64,000 nucleotides of DNA, from contig OZ038378.1 of NCBI GenBank assembly GCA_964036045.1, positions 24,304,001 to 24,368,000 of the forward strand, read 5' to 3'. This stretch comes from Eutreptiella sp. 'Long Island Sound 2002' (lineage: Eukaryota > Protista > Euglenida). How positions within the stretch are numbered: position 1 is the stretch's first letter; the number at the start of each line of letters is the position of its first letter. Below the pieces are notes generated by a model, which was not told the origin of the DNA, made no database searches, and worked only from the letters and a program-made list of their open reading frames with translations. A program made the position numbers and the translations under genes. Below, in pieces: positions 10,054-23,579 of this stretch.

Positions 10054-13000
10054 ATGAATGCGTTGTCCCTCATTGGCTGCCACTGGGCGGCGGCTACTAT
10101 CAACGTCAATGGCTGGAAGAGTGAACTAGCTGGGAGTGAGGAAATGAGAAAGTATCTAATGTTGCAGATGTTTTGCAAGCATGGGGTGGAGGTGGCAGCA
10201 GTGCAAGAACATCATATTACCGGGCAACTGGACTTGGATGCGCAAATTCACTAGGCGGAGTGTTAGGTGTACAAGCTTGCGGTGCCAACACCCCTGCGGA
10301 TAAGGGAGGGCTCCTACTGATGTGGTTGATGTCCAAGTGGGAGTTGCACGAGGCGGAGTATGTCGGTCATCGCTTGGTCCTGGCGATCCTCAAGCATGCA
10401 TCAGGACTGAAAGTGAGAGTGTTGGCGGGACACTTCCATCATCATGCACTAGAAAGAAAAGCGGAAGTTAGAGGCCAAGCTAGGAATGGCCTCAAATGTG
10501 CCGGGGATCACGTCATGTGATCACAATTTTCATTTGGAGCAAGCCGAAGCAACATCACAATGATAGGTCGCGGGAGCAGGAGGTCAAGGTGCCAGAGAGC
10601 ATATGGGTGGGTCTAAAAACCAGGAGTCAAGTGGATACCTCGCACGTTGGGCAGGGTGCATGTATCAACGCCGATGAGGGAGTATGCAAAAGCGGTTTGC
10701 GCAGCAGTGGATGTGAAGTTAGACCATTAGGCAGTCTTGGTACCGTCAGCCACCGCTCAACAGAGTGCCGCAACAGTTTCGGTTTCCTATGGAGCTGCTA
10801 CAAGATGCGGCGGAGGTAGAGAGACTGCAACAGAAACTGAAGGAGATAGGGCCAGTGGAAGTCAACGATGCGTTCTGGTGGTGGGAGCATGCGCAACTGG
10901 CGTTGTGTGAAGTGGGTACACAGTGGCACAGTGCCCATCACGTGGCTGCCCACTTACCATTGTACGCAGTGGCGTCGTTGCCGATGTTTGTGCCCCCAAC
11001 CGCTTGGGAGTATTTGGAGCAGCAGGGGCTGCAGGCCAGCAGCACAAGGCGAGCATATGAAGTGTTGATGACCATCTTTCAAAGTGAAGTCACAGAAGGG
11101 AGGAGGCAATGGCTATGTGGGGTGTCTCATGAGGAGCGGAGGCGGAGGCGTTCAAACAGCAACAAGAGCACAACATAGGATCTATGCGCAGTTGCACGTG
11201 CGTCGGCATATGCATAGTGTGCGGGCGGAAGATGGTCACAATGTGTGAGTCACCACGGAACATAGCACTGGCATTCAAGAGGTTGTGGTCTAGCATCATA
11301 CAAGGAACAGGTACGGTGGTGGAAGAATGATTGCAGTGGATGGAGTCATGCTTATGCCGCATTGCATGAGGAGAGCACCGCCAAAGCTAGTTCAACCCGT
11401 CAGTAGGGAGGTGCTGAAAACAACTTCGCAAAGTATGAAGAAGGGGTCGTCGCCAGGGCCCGATGGAGTGCCGGCGGAATCTCTATGCGGTGTTGCCTGA
11501 TGTGTTTGTGGAGCCAATGTACTGTGCTGTCCACTAGGCACCGGTGTGTGGAGCTGTACTGGCTAACGGGCTCATCTCGTTACAACGGAACATACCAAAA
11601 ACTATGTACCAAGCTATCCAGTAGGCACAGGTGTGTGGCGCTATACCGACTAACTAGCTAATTTCGTTACAACGGAACATACTGAAAATTGTGATGGCCG
11701 AGTGAGTGGAGGAGACGAGACCCTTTGCGTTGCAGAAAGCGACCTGGAAATGGTGGTAGCGCCTTTCAAGTCATGATACCGTAATCGCAAAAAGGGTTTT
11801 TAAAAAATTGGCAAATGGTTCATCACATTATCTAGGCCAAAGATGTGGGGGCATGCGGAAGATGGAGCCTTCTTGTCTATTGATTTTGCGAAAGCTTATG
11901 ATAGTGTCTCTCATACATTCTTTGAGGCAACAATGAGGTGCTTCACCATGCAAGCGGGGCTGGTGTCCATCTTGGTGCGCTCATTCGCAGGGGTTGTCTG
12001 GTTATGTGTAGTTGCAGGGGTTGTTGCCGTGGTCAAGATGGAGCCGAGATCAGGAATCAAACCCGGAGTCCCTTGTTAGCCCCCCCATGTTTTCGGCCCT
12101 ACAGTGTTTCTGATACATATGTTCCAACTGCATTCCCCAAGGGTGGTATTGCGGATGTATGCTCATGATTTGTAGGTCTCGATATCTAGACAAGGGCTGT
12201 AGGCTGACATGCTGGCAGCAAGTGCCTTAGAATTGCTGTATGTCTTTGGACAATTCCCGGGGTTGCGCATTAATTATGCCAATTGCTTTGCCCTGCTTAA
12301 AAGGCAGGAGGAAGAGGTGCCGCCGTGGCATCAGGGGTTTGTGGTGAAAGAGCAAGTGAGGTATCTGCATGGGGGTCATGATTGGACATGTCAAGGCAAA
12401 ATGCCTATTATGCGCCTTCGGTGGCGTGCAAAGGAGTTCTCAATGTGTCACATGCCTAAAAAGATGGGGGCTGGAATCAGTCTTTGTGGTTGCCGTTGAC
12501 ATGGCGGGTGGTGTGTGCCAAAGACCTGCTAATAGCGATGCAGCTACCGTTTCAGACCCTGCCAGCCTTGTGGCGCATGTTAGCGTCATACAAAATGTTG
12601 GAGTTTTTCAAGCCGTTGCAAAGGCCACCTCAGAGACAGGAGGTGGCATTGTGGGAACAATTGGCTAAGTTGTTCATGCCGGGGTCCCAAAGAGATTTTA
12701 TACGCACTGCGCTATGGCAGCGGCTAACCGTGGGGGCAAGGACTGGCCATGTGCATCGTCGGCCTCGATGCTTTTGTTTTTGTGGGGTGTTAGAAACGGT
12801 AAACTATGCGCTGTCTCAATGTCGGTTTTTTGGGGTTACCTCGGATATTGCGAGCAAAACCTTGTTGGCTTGTATGGGACAAAAAAGGGGTAATGTGTGA
12901 TCTGCAGAGTGTGATTGTTGTTGAACTGCTGTTGTCGCCGGCCACAACAAAGGGCCTTGCGATGTGGGGGGCCGGCACGTGCGTCCTGGGTACATAGGTG

Positions 13001-13820
13001 CGATGCGTATTTCCGGGCGCATACCCCGTCAATGAAGGATTCTATTGTGCGCAGGTGAACAATTCTGGAGTGCTAGGTGTCTGCCTTGCAAACATCCTTT
13101 TATAGGCAGGAAGTAACACACCTCAGTGAGGGTTTGGGCAGGTTCTTGAGCCGGAAATGGATTTTCCCCCCTACCGTGGCTGTGAGAGGGGTGGTGGTGC
13201 AACAACCTCGGGGAGCCCGGCTCCCCAAAGCGCAAAAATGGACACATATTTTGCCCGGTGTGCTAGAGGTAACTGCTGGAAAACAGTCGTTAGGGTGTGA
13301 TGTGGTGTTTGTAGATGGGTCAAAGGATGCTCGTCATGGTGTTCATTATGCTGGGTATGGAGTGTGGTTCGGTGACCATGCTGAGAAAAATGAGTGTCGA
13401 CCTGTGCCGGCCGAGGAGAGGCATTCCATAACTTGAGCTAAGCTCGGGGGAGCTCTCGGGATGCCGCGGGATGAAGCACCTAAGTGCACTGTTGCGCATG
13501 GTTACCGATTCTGAATTGTGTATTCTTGGGTTAAAAGGGAAATGTGAAAAATGGAAAAGACATTAGTGATTGGTGCCAAGGGGGCCTTTGTCCCATGTTA
13601 ATTTGTGGAGTGAAGTTTGGGAACGATGGTTGCTGCTAGGTGATAGTATGAGCATACGCTGGGTGCCGTCGCACGTAGTGGTGGTGGGCAACAAGCATGT
13701 AGACCGACAAGCGGCGAAAGGGGCGCGCATTTCGCTGTAGCAAGTCAATGTGCACAAGGCTGTCACCGAATTCCGGGCAGATCTAGGGCCGGAGGAGAGG
13801 CCCGATGAGTATTTGGACTT
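10054..13820 (+). mobile_element. Decayed non-LTR retrotransposon (APE endonuclease - RT - Zn finger - RNase H), antisense within helicase intron 1
   Basis: Colinear broken frames: TINVNG...AVQEHH (APE, about 10090-10215); SIDFAKAYDSVSH and SGIKPG (RT, about 11870-12070); MYAHD at the YADD position; RCFCFCGVLETVNYALSQC (Zn finger); VFVDGSK...GYGVWFG and WVPSHV...GNKHVD (RNase H, about 13305-13730). Many stops and frameshifts. Confidence 0.85.
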
Positions 13821-14039
13821 AGAGGGTGGGGGGGAGGTTCCAGAGTTTCCGATGATGTAGTGCTTGGTGATCATATTGAGCCAAAAGTGGCGCTGAAGCG
13901 CCCAAGGAAGTAATGATGGTGCTGACATGAAAGGGGAGAGGAGCATACCCGAAATGCAATTCCCGAGCAAGTTACAAGGCTCTTAGGGCTGCTGGCCAAG
14001 CCAAGGCGGCGGCAGGGAAGGCCTTGCGAGAAAACCCGT

Positions 14040-14350
14040 GGTCTTCGACGTAGCACAATGGGAAAATCGAAACATTTCAATACCGAAAACCGTATACATA
14101 ATGGGTGATAGTGCACAGGTGGTTTGAAAACCAGTCACTACAAAAACGACTATGTGGCGCACCGGAAATGCACTTGATTTGAACGCTGGAAGTCTTGCGT
14201 TCGAATCCAAAGGGGGTAGAAGGCTCATGTATGCGTTGCGGGGCGGCACCCTGGGAGGGATGAGCTGACCAGATGGGCCAAGAAACGTTCAATAACTGCG
14301 GTGGCAATAAACTCAAGGCAATATTCAATACTATTTTGAAGAGCAATGAT
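14040..14350 (+). mobile_element. Possible Penelope-like RT thumb remnant
   Basis: The translation NGKIETFQYRKP resembles the Penelope YRKP motif; the surrounding frames are broken. Weak evidence. Confidence 0.3.
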
Positions 14351-14549
14351 CGTACACCTCTGTCCCGAGGGCATACAGAAGCTAAGTATTCGGCACTTCA
14401 TTCCGAGGCACACACAAAAAAAGTCGAGGAAGCATTGATAAGGACAGCATGGCGATCGAACACGTTTGCACGGTTGCAGCCTTATGAACCTCGCAGTTTG
14501 AGCAGCATTTGAAAATTTTCATTTCTGCCCTACAAAAAAAAACCAGTAC

Positions 14550-17030
14550 ACACCCCTGTCCTTCCCCATCCTGCCCAAGGGGATGTTGGTGGAGTAAGAG
14601 GACGGACCACCCAAATGTCTTGGCTGCATAGTCGAACCATGATGACGATGGTTCCAATTGTTGACTGTCACCCTCACCCATCAAGCCCTTGAACACAGCA
14701 CGGCACTATCCTGTTTCTCAATACCCCACAAACCTTGGACTATTGCCTGGGCCTTGATTGGGGTGACTGCAATCCCAGTGCCCAACTGTGAATATGCTCG
14801 GCACGTACGATGCCGATGCTCCGCTGGAGGTTAGATCTTTAGGCTAGGAGCGTTTTTTGACTGTCATGCACCATGGGGCCTTTCTTGGGGTTATGGGACA
14901 AATACCAAGTCACATCCTTTGGTGGCCGCATCCCCTGGCACATCATCGAGCCCATTGGATTGGAGACACTGGCATGGGTGATCCTTCAGAGAGCTGTTGC
15001 GATCTTATGACAGCCCACAAGCCCGGTCATAAGCAGGCACCAACAGTTCAAGCATGCCGCAACATGCTACAACATGCTGCGGCACTTGTTTTGGGGGTGT
15101 GATGGTGGGTTTTTGAGGCATGCCGCAGCACACTGAAATTAGCTCCTTGGTTCCTTTGCAGCACAAGTTGCCTGGTAGGTGTGTGATATGCTTCTGCATG
15201 ATGTGTGGGGACCTTGCACTTTGCACAACGCACCCCCCCTGCCCTTCTTTCCTGCTCTCGAATCTTCCCCCCCATTTTTCGAAGACAATATTGTTGTTGT
15301 TAAAAAATGCTATTTGGACTAGTTTGCTGCACAAGCACGCACTGTTGCTGCGCAACTACAAAAGGTAGCACAAATGATGTGCAAAAAGGTTGCCAATATA
15401 TACAAAAAAAAACAACAACTAGGCAGACTCACAAGAGGCCATTGAATGTTTCAACCCTGCATTTTTGATACCTGTTGTGGTGTCACACAATGAGATGAGC
15501 AAGCACATCCCCGAGATTCCTCGCACTGAATGGGAGCGATGCAATGCATTGCTTGCTCCATCTCCGCTGCCAGAAAAGGTTTCTGCAAGAGTTGCATGGT
15601 GGGAAGTTAAAGTTGCTGGTTCCGGGTTCTACCACCCTTGTCGCTTTTGGTAAAATGGGTTAGCGCCCACCTACGGCTTGAAGGATGCCGCACCGTGCCG
15701 CAGCACAGCAAATTTTTGGGGACTGTTGTTGCCCGGTCATAAGCACGGTGCACAATGCTTAACTTGGTGTGGGCCATGCAAACCCTTGCAGTGGGAGCCA
15801 CAAGGTGTGCCAAAGGCACCCATGGCCAAATTGCCATTAGTGGGCTTTGTAGCACATCAATTGTACGTGGCGCTCACGCCACCCTAGCTATCAGTGCAGC
15901 CGGCATGCACGTTTTCCACGTCAATGTATGCATGTCTCCAACCGACCACCGCATGCGCTTAACCAAGACATCTTCCATCATCTTCAGAAGCTGTAGTATT
16001 GCACCCTCTCCCCACCACGGAGGAACGTCAATGAGGAAAAGAATCTTTGCAGCTCCCCATTCCTTAGGCGCCTCAATGTATGTGCTCCCCGCACTATTCA
16101 CAAACTCTCACAAACCTTCGTCCTTGAACTTGAGCCCATACTGACCAGCAATCTTTTCAACCTCAGCAAAACCACTTGTCCCCCTCCACACTTAGGCCCA
16201 TTCTAATCTTGTTGTACCCAACAATCTACACTGCCACCCCAGACTGCACTGAGAGGACTCCTTTTGGGCACATGTCCCAAAATGGCGACAACAGGTAGGC
16301 AAACATGAAGTGCACATCTTCGCAGCTGGTCATATACTCCCCTTTGCACCACTTCAAAGGCATTCATGCAAACTAAGCCTTGGTGCCACACACTTGCACC
16401 AACTCATGAAAGTCCTTCAAGGGCAGCAAGCAGAAGAGATAGCTCGATTGACAAAGGTCAGCCCTTGGGGCCACCAATGCCTCCTCCTTGGTAATGAAGA
16501 GCCGATCAAACAACTCCTAGAGCACATGGTATTAACTGACTAACCATTTTTTCTTCATCGCTTGGTACAGGGAACACCACCACCTAAGGATCCTCCCCCG
16601 GGGGGAACATGCTCAATTAAACCTTAAACCTCGGTTGCATGCCGGACCCACAGCTAGTTAGAGTGGAATGAACAACCAAGCCGTGATCCTACCATCTTTT
16701 TTGTGACCGACCCCGGTGGCCGGTCAACCCACATCACTGCCAATGGATTAACTTCCACATGTTGCACCATCACCAACGCCCGATTCAAAAACACTTCAGG
16801 CTGCTCACGTATCTTCCACCAGCACCATAGATATCTTGCTGACACTTGCCAAACCTGTACTTAGAATAGAGGCCACTCTCTTCGCAGAAGAAAGCGCAGC
16901 CAAAAAGGCACAAATAACAATTGCCTCTTTACCAGGAAGCAGCTTGGCTGGTGTGGCAGCATCGGCCTTCTGAAGGATGGACAGCCGAAAAGAAGGCATA
17001 GAATCAACACTACCAAGCCCAACCTTCACA
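14550..17030 (-). mobile_element. Possible older non-LTR element (ORF1-like fragments followed by an APE-like segment)
   Basis: Short protein-like minus-strand ORFs (16805-17029, 15874-16101), then fragmentary QSNGLDD...DLVFV...TGVCTGFF, which loosely resembles APE motifs. Confidence 0.3.
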
Positions 17031-19920
17031 ACAAACTTATCCTACAAGAAATAATCGGCTTCATCCACACCAGCAACAGACACCGTCTGCTTGTTGTCCG
17101 TCGCGAATAGCACAGGATCTCTTGCGGTTTCCTTCTTGGGCACGAAGGTTGGCACTCGCTCGACCGAAAGTCCCTGCCCGTCGCATTGTGGAGACGGAGC
17201 TCCTTAACACACACCCCACACAGGGCTGCTCATGGCGGTTGAGAGGACACCGAAAAAAACAGACACTCAAAAAGTGTTGTGCGTGTGTGTGTGTGGGGGG
17301 GGTGCATTGTTCAAGACACACGGGTCTAAGACTAGCCTCACGGCATCTCACAACGCTGGGCTGGGATGCGGCCGCGCAATGTTTTGTGTCCTCTACATGA
17401 ATCTCACCATCATATGTGCTCCTTCCCGCTGCATAAGGTGGAGCTCGCAATAGGAGAGGTACGTGTAGCCTCCGTTTGGCTATGATGTTGCATCCCTTTG
17501 ATTCCCATAAACCCGGCCAACCTTTGGAGCCTTCTTCCCATAGACCTCACTAACCTTCCGTGCCCTGCCCTACCATACCCTACTCTGCCATTGGACCAGC
17601 CATAGGGGGCTGAGCCAGCGGACATGCGAGAAGGGATCGTCGTCTCATGCACCTTATCTTGGTCTCTCCTGTGGACACAAGCTAGCAGCTCTTTTGGACT
17701 TTGCTACCCCGAGGCTTGGCATTGGGAAGACGGCTGGTGACCTTGTCGAGACAACACGTCAGAATGGCACGTCAAGGGCCACCTCACTTTTAGAGGGTTC
17801 CCTTCAACCGATGGCCGTCCCAAACCCCATGGTGCCTACTCTTGAGAAAAATATTGGTACCCCTTAATTTCCCAAAACTTAGGGAGGGGCAAGAAGGTTG
17901 TGTGCTTAGGCCACAAGCTATCAAGAACGGCATACACCCACTTTGCCAATTCCTCCTTCCCGGCGCTTCAAGCTCTGATATATTCCCGCCATCGTTTGCA
18001 TTGATGGGTGCCCTTCGAACTCCAAGGCAAAAAATGACAACGTTCTGCGCTCTTCCCAATTTGCATAGTTTTGGGACGTGAGTAGCCGGTTTTTTTTGCC
18101 AAAAAAATATCAATGACCCCAAAAAACAACAAACCCAAAGACGGCCAAAAGCATCCTGAATGGCAATGCACCATGGCCTTTTTGCATTGTTTTGGTGGAT
18201 GAATTTCCCAAAGAAGAAAATGTGGCCTTTTTGGGGGCTAGGTTCTGTGACTGGGATCCTCAGCCTGCCACTAGAGTTTCTCTCCCAAGCTGTGTGCGAT
18301 CCAACTTCGTATGTCAATGTGTCATGTGCCACAATCGTGGTGGGAACCAAATCCCCAGGGCTGAGGGTTGCTTCTTTTCCCGGGGCCTCCTGCAAAAGTC
18401 CCAAAATGTATTGTGTGTGGCCAGTGCACAGGCACTGTGTGTAGTGTCCCGTTAGCTGAATGCACTGTGCACATCTCGCAGAGTGCACAGTGTGCAGTGT
18501 GCAGTGCACTACACGAAATTTAAATTTTTGGGGAACTTGTATTCTTGTGTGGCAAATCACCTAGAAATGAACATTTTTTCTGCTAATTTTGTATGTTTAC
18601 GCCAAAAACTTTTGAACTCTTGAACCGAAAATTGTTGTTGTTTTTTTTGCATTTGGTCTCACCTGTTTTCGCATTGCCATCCCTTAAAACTGCAGTTGAA
18701 TTGGTACTTCTACTTCAGACCTTCTCCCTTCATGGAATTTTACACAAACAGCAGTGCGTGACTCAAATAGGCCCCCAGATGTGCTTGGGAACAACGAGGA
18801 AAAGATGGAAGTGGCAACATGTTGCTGCATCAAACATACCCCCCCGCCCTATTGTGGTTGGTCAGGGCCATGATTCTCACTTGCAAAGGGGGGTGGGAAC
18901 AACGGGGGGGGGGGGGGTGCTTCTTCGTTCCGGGTGGGGTGGGGGGGTGGGGGCAAAGACATGCCCCGGGGGGGGGGAGGCAATTCGAAAATCATGGAAT
19001 TTTCGGCAGAAACTTTGGTGTCGTGCAGGCTATGCACCCGTTGAAGCATCAGTTGGACGTATGCTTTGTACCTCCTTGACGCTTTTGGAGCTCACCTTTT
19101 GTTCTTTTCAACAATTGTGGCTTTTCACCTGTGTGTACTTCTCAAACTCCTCTGCTTGCAAATGTGGTGTTCCCTTGTCGGTTTTTGTGCCTAGGCATTG
19201 CACACTGCGACCACCATGTGTGCTCAGGGTCTTGCGAGAAAAATAATCTGGCATGCCCATCCGTTGACATGATACAACCAACAAACAGTGCAAACTGACG
19301 GCATTGGTGATTTTCAGGTAAAAATCCCCAGGGGGGGCCATGATTCTTCTTCCTGGAAGGGGGGAACAACAATATTGGGGGGCGGGAGGGGGGGGGGCAA
19401 GGCACCCGAAGGTGGGGGGGGGGGGAAGGCAATGTTGCAATGAACACACAGAAGCTAGTGGCAAGAATTAAGTGATTTTTGCGAGGGTTTCACTTTTTGT
19501 AGACCGCCACCATCATGGTACTATAATTAATTATTGTCCCGAAATTTCCTCATTTTGGCATTCACCCAACTTGAAGACACATCATTCTCTGAATCAATTC
19601 GCCTTGACATCCTTACAGTTCGTCCCATACGGCGTGGATTGTGCAGAGTGCACAGTGCAATGTGCCCATTGCCAAATGCGCACAGATGTGTCCACAGAGT
19701 GTGCAGTGTGCAGAATGTACAGAGTACAGACTGTGTAATTTGCAATGCCCAGGGTGTGCGCTGTGCTCGGAGACAAGGGTATGGGGGGGGTTCAAGAGTG
19801 GTTGCAACAGCCATTGGAAAGCGATTGGGAGCAGGCGTGGTCAGCAAGGCCAGGGCAGTGCAGGGCAGTGCAGGGCAGTGCCACAGTGCACAGGTGGCAG
19901 TTTGCAGAGGGACGAAAGAC

Positions 19921-20796
19921 CTGTGTCCACTTACTTCCACGCGGTGTGAAGCCCCCCTGTGGTGCTGCTGGGCCTGTGTTCGGTGCCCATGCATCCCAAT
20001 CCCTGCCATCCCACGATGCCGCATCCAACCCATCCTCTGCCGCCCCCCATCCCAGGCTCTGGGGCTGCGTCTGCAGGTGCGGCTGTATGTCGTACCCATC
20101 ACTTTCTGCCTCCACCTCCGTCCAGGGGCGTGGGGAGCGGCGGCTGCTGCGGGCATTATGGCGGTGCCCGGACCCGGGGGCCTCAGCTTCGCCAGTGCTG
20201 CTGGGCTCACCAGCGATTGCCAGGAGGGCCATATGACCTTCTGCCCCGGCCCTCCATCGCGGGGCCGTGCCCCAGATGCTTTGGTGAAGCTGCAATGAGG
20301 TGAAGGGGGCTGGACGCAACCGCAGCTGAAGGACGTACCAAACGGATCGCACAAGACCCAGAACGGCGATGAGTCCAAGCAACGGCAGGAGGCGCCACTT
20401 GTCATGGGGCGCAGTGCGATGTGTCGTGGTGGCATAGTCCAGAGCTCCTGCCACATCGTGATGCTTTGTGCCGAACGTCATGGATATACCTTTGTTCGGC
20501 CCGGCGGCTCTGGAGGGGTGCTCCGGCTGGCGCTGCGCGGGCCCCTTGTGAACGGCATCATGACCGGCCCAAGGGCCGTGGCTGGCGCTCTTGGGAACCA
20601 AAGACGGGGGCATCGACAAGGCCACCAGTTGCAACAACGGTGCACGACTGCCGTAGCTTCCTGCAGTCGCCAGAGCGCACACCATCAGGGCCAATGCAGA
20701 GGCGACAACTGCACGGACTGTGCAGTTGATAAACCGGCCTCCACATCCCGCACCCTCCAGAGGGTGTGGGCAGGGGCCACTTGGGGGAGCAATCAT
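19921..20796 (-). CDS. Exon 1 of the DEAD-box helicase: euglenid class I plastid-targeting presequence plus linker
   Basis: ATG at 20796 preceded by tttgcacag|cc. Hydrophobic signal at aa 29-45, Ser/Ala/Pro/His-rich spacer, second hydrophobic segment at aa 136-156 followed by LRLRP, then MALLAIAGE. The phase-0 donor CAG|gtcttt (19921) and the phase-1 donor A|gtaagt (19935) each have a phase-compatible acceptor at exon 2. The linkage to the helicase is inferred. Confidence 0.7.
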
Positions 20797-22689
20797 GGCT
20801 GTGCAAATGCAAGCGTGCTCTGTGTGGACTCCTGCCTTGCCGCATGTGAGAAATACAGAGTCACCAGGCGTCTACCCTGTGAAATCGATGGCATTCCCAA
20901 TGCCCAGGAGGCTGTAGCAAAGGGCAAAGACAACAAGACAAATGGACTTGGATACAAACACGGGATTGGCTTCGCATTTGTGCATGACATATCCTCGAGT
21001 ATCGAGGTCTTTCGTCGGTGTATTTTTTGGGGTGTTGGTGAGTTCTCCAGGCTGTGCTTCAAGGGCAAACAAACCAGGGATGCTTTTCCACAGAAAACTT
21101 CATTTAAAAAGGGAGTGCAGTGTGCACAACACTAAAGATTGCAAAATTGGGGACTTTTGGAAGCACCTTCAAGAGCTCCTCTCCAACTTCTTCAACTGTC
21201 TGGCTGGTGCTCACTGTCTCCTCCCACCAAGAGTCTTCATTTTACCATGCCTTTGGGTGGCAGGTCAGGGGCGAATGGTATCAATTGCTGCACACTTCAC
21301 CGACAAATGTTGCTGCATGTGGGATGTGCTCCACGCCGCACCTTGTGGAACACAGGGGCCCCCTTCCCTGTTCCTTGCGGGAAACTGTGACATCACCGCC
21401 ACATCAGCACCACACAATCCATGGGATGGTGTTTGTGAATTGTTTCAGAGAGGAAGGCACATGGGCCCCCAACGTCTGGTGTCGATTGTATCTTCAAAGC
21501 TACCTGTGGCCGGGAAACGCACAGGGTTGTAGCAGACCTGAAACACAAAGCGACATTACCAAACGTGTAAAAATATGCATTTCATATCGCAAGATTCCGG
21601 CTGAAGAGGCATAATACATAGCAGATGATTGTGAAATCCTCCATTCACAGTAATATAGCAACAATGCAACAACATGGATGCTAGAGACAGGCTTCCAGTA
21701 ACCAGGATGCCCTTTGTGCCCTTCAGCATAGCTCCCTTGGACAACTTGCAGCAGCTGCACATGTGGGGCAGCGCGATGTATCCACTTCCGCCTGTGACAG
21801 TTTTTTATCCATGCTTTCCGACGCCTCTCTGGAGAATGGAAAGCAGCATGATTGTGCTTACCACCTCATTCGCAACACGTACGGAAAAAAACCACCAGGC
21901 CTGAGCAAAAGGAAGCTAAAGAACTCAGTCACTTCTGTAGAAGAAACCGAGTTGAGTGCGGGAACAAATGTACTAGTGCAACGGTCCATCAAAGCGTAAT
22001 CCTTGCACTAGCAGCCATGGGTCCTGTTTTGCACAACCCAAAAAGAAGCCCAAAACCTGGGAAAGTAGCGCACAAAGCTTATGCATTCAAGTTCCGACCA
22101 TGGGGGGCACTCAGGCTCAGATCCTGACACCCCCCCCAAAACCTTTTGGGCCCTGTGAGGGGGGAAGGGGGGTCCTGAAGGGGACCGGGGGCTGCCAGGC
22201 TGGGGTCCCGGGTACCCCAACATATATACCTCAAAATGATCCCCTCATCGCACTGGTCATTTTGAACCCACATATGTGGGGTTCTTGAAAACAATTGTTA
22301 CCCCCTGTGGGGTCGGGTCCCAGGTTTGGGGGGCTGGATGGGGGAGGTCAGGGGTAAGAAAAGATTTCAAGTTTTGCATACATATTTGGATTCCCTGTGG
22401 AATTCTCAGCATTTTGAGTATACACACATGGGGTAAAAATGAATCCCCCCGGCCGTATGCGGAAAAAAGTTTATGGCGCCTTTGGTGCCAAGTTGGGGCC
22501 AAATGTGGTCTAGCCTCCTCAACGTTTTGGACCTCCTGGGGGGGGATGGTTTGGTTGGTCTGTCCGCCCTCCGGACGCAACGCCTAAGGCATGGGGCGCG
22601 GTGATCTCATCGCATCGACATCGGGCCGGCTCACCCCGGGCACACCCACAGTCAACCCCTGATTCTGCCAGCCGCAGACCTTAGCAACT

Positions 22690-23090
22690 GTCCTCCATGA
22701 ACGCCCTCACGATGCTGCCCACCTCCGGAACTCGACCCCCTGTAGAGCTGGGGGCACGCATACATGCTCTCCCCGGGGCCGGTATGCCCTACTTGCTTCC
22801 GGAGGATGGTGTCCGTGGGGTTGGGCCCTCCTACCTGTGGGCGTAGCTCTGTGTACCAAGCTGGCACTGCTGTGGATGGTGTGGTCGGCACTTGTGGGTC
22901 GCGGGGGGCATTGTGAGCTACCCCCACAGATGGCACACACTGTGTAACACGTGGTATTGGTGCCACGCCACTCGTGCCCTGAGCTACAACCGCAGCGCTC
23001 TCGTAATGTGGTCCCGGAGTGATTGGGGCACAAGTAGACATGACACATGGTGCAAATCCGCCGCCGATGCCCTGGTCCACCATTTAGTCA
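22690..23090 (-). repeat. Diverged second copy of the 3' region of the preceding element
   Basis: Aligns by eye with about 23580-23985 at an offset of about 890 bp (e.g. atgctctccccggggcc vs atgttctctcccggggcc; acatggtgca...ccaccatt.agtca in both). Confidence 0.75.
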
Positions 23091-23579
23091 GGGGAGAAAA
23101 GAAATGCATGATCACGTGTGTGCCAATCCTCACAGGTCTTCAAGGATGACAAGCTTTCGTCGCTTTCTAGGGGCCATGTCCGGTGGCGGATGTTGGCCCA
23201 GGATGCCGGGCCTTGCACGGCACCGGCGCTTAGGCATAGGCGACTCCACCCGGCGGGCAGCGCGCTCACATGTCCACAATGGGCTCATCACCAAAAAGAG
23301 CTCAACCCGTCGGTTATGCCGCTGGTAGTGCCGGTCTGCAGAGGTTGTCCACAATTTGGCACAACGCAGGAGGGAGTGCCACTGCCGTGATTGCCTCACC
23401 AGATCATGTAGGGCGTCGCGGTATAAATCTAACAATGAGGCACCAAGAACGGCACGTTGATGTAGAAACCAAGACTGGGCCAGATACTAAATTGCGGAGG
23501 CCACCTGTCATGCCTCCGGATCTGTGGTAGTGGAACAGAGCCAGTGGTCGAGATATTTCACGGCCCATAACTTGGTGTG

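Noticed and set aside
21070-21420. Kinase-like fragment (FHRK...TKDCKIGDFW)
   Set aside because: It lacks intact HRD, DFG and APE motifs, the frames are broken, and it is on the opposite strand from the NEK-tail gene. Too weak to call.
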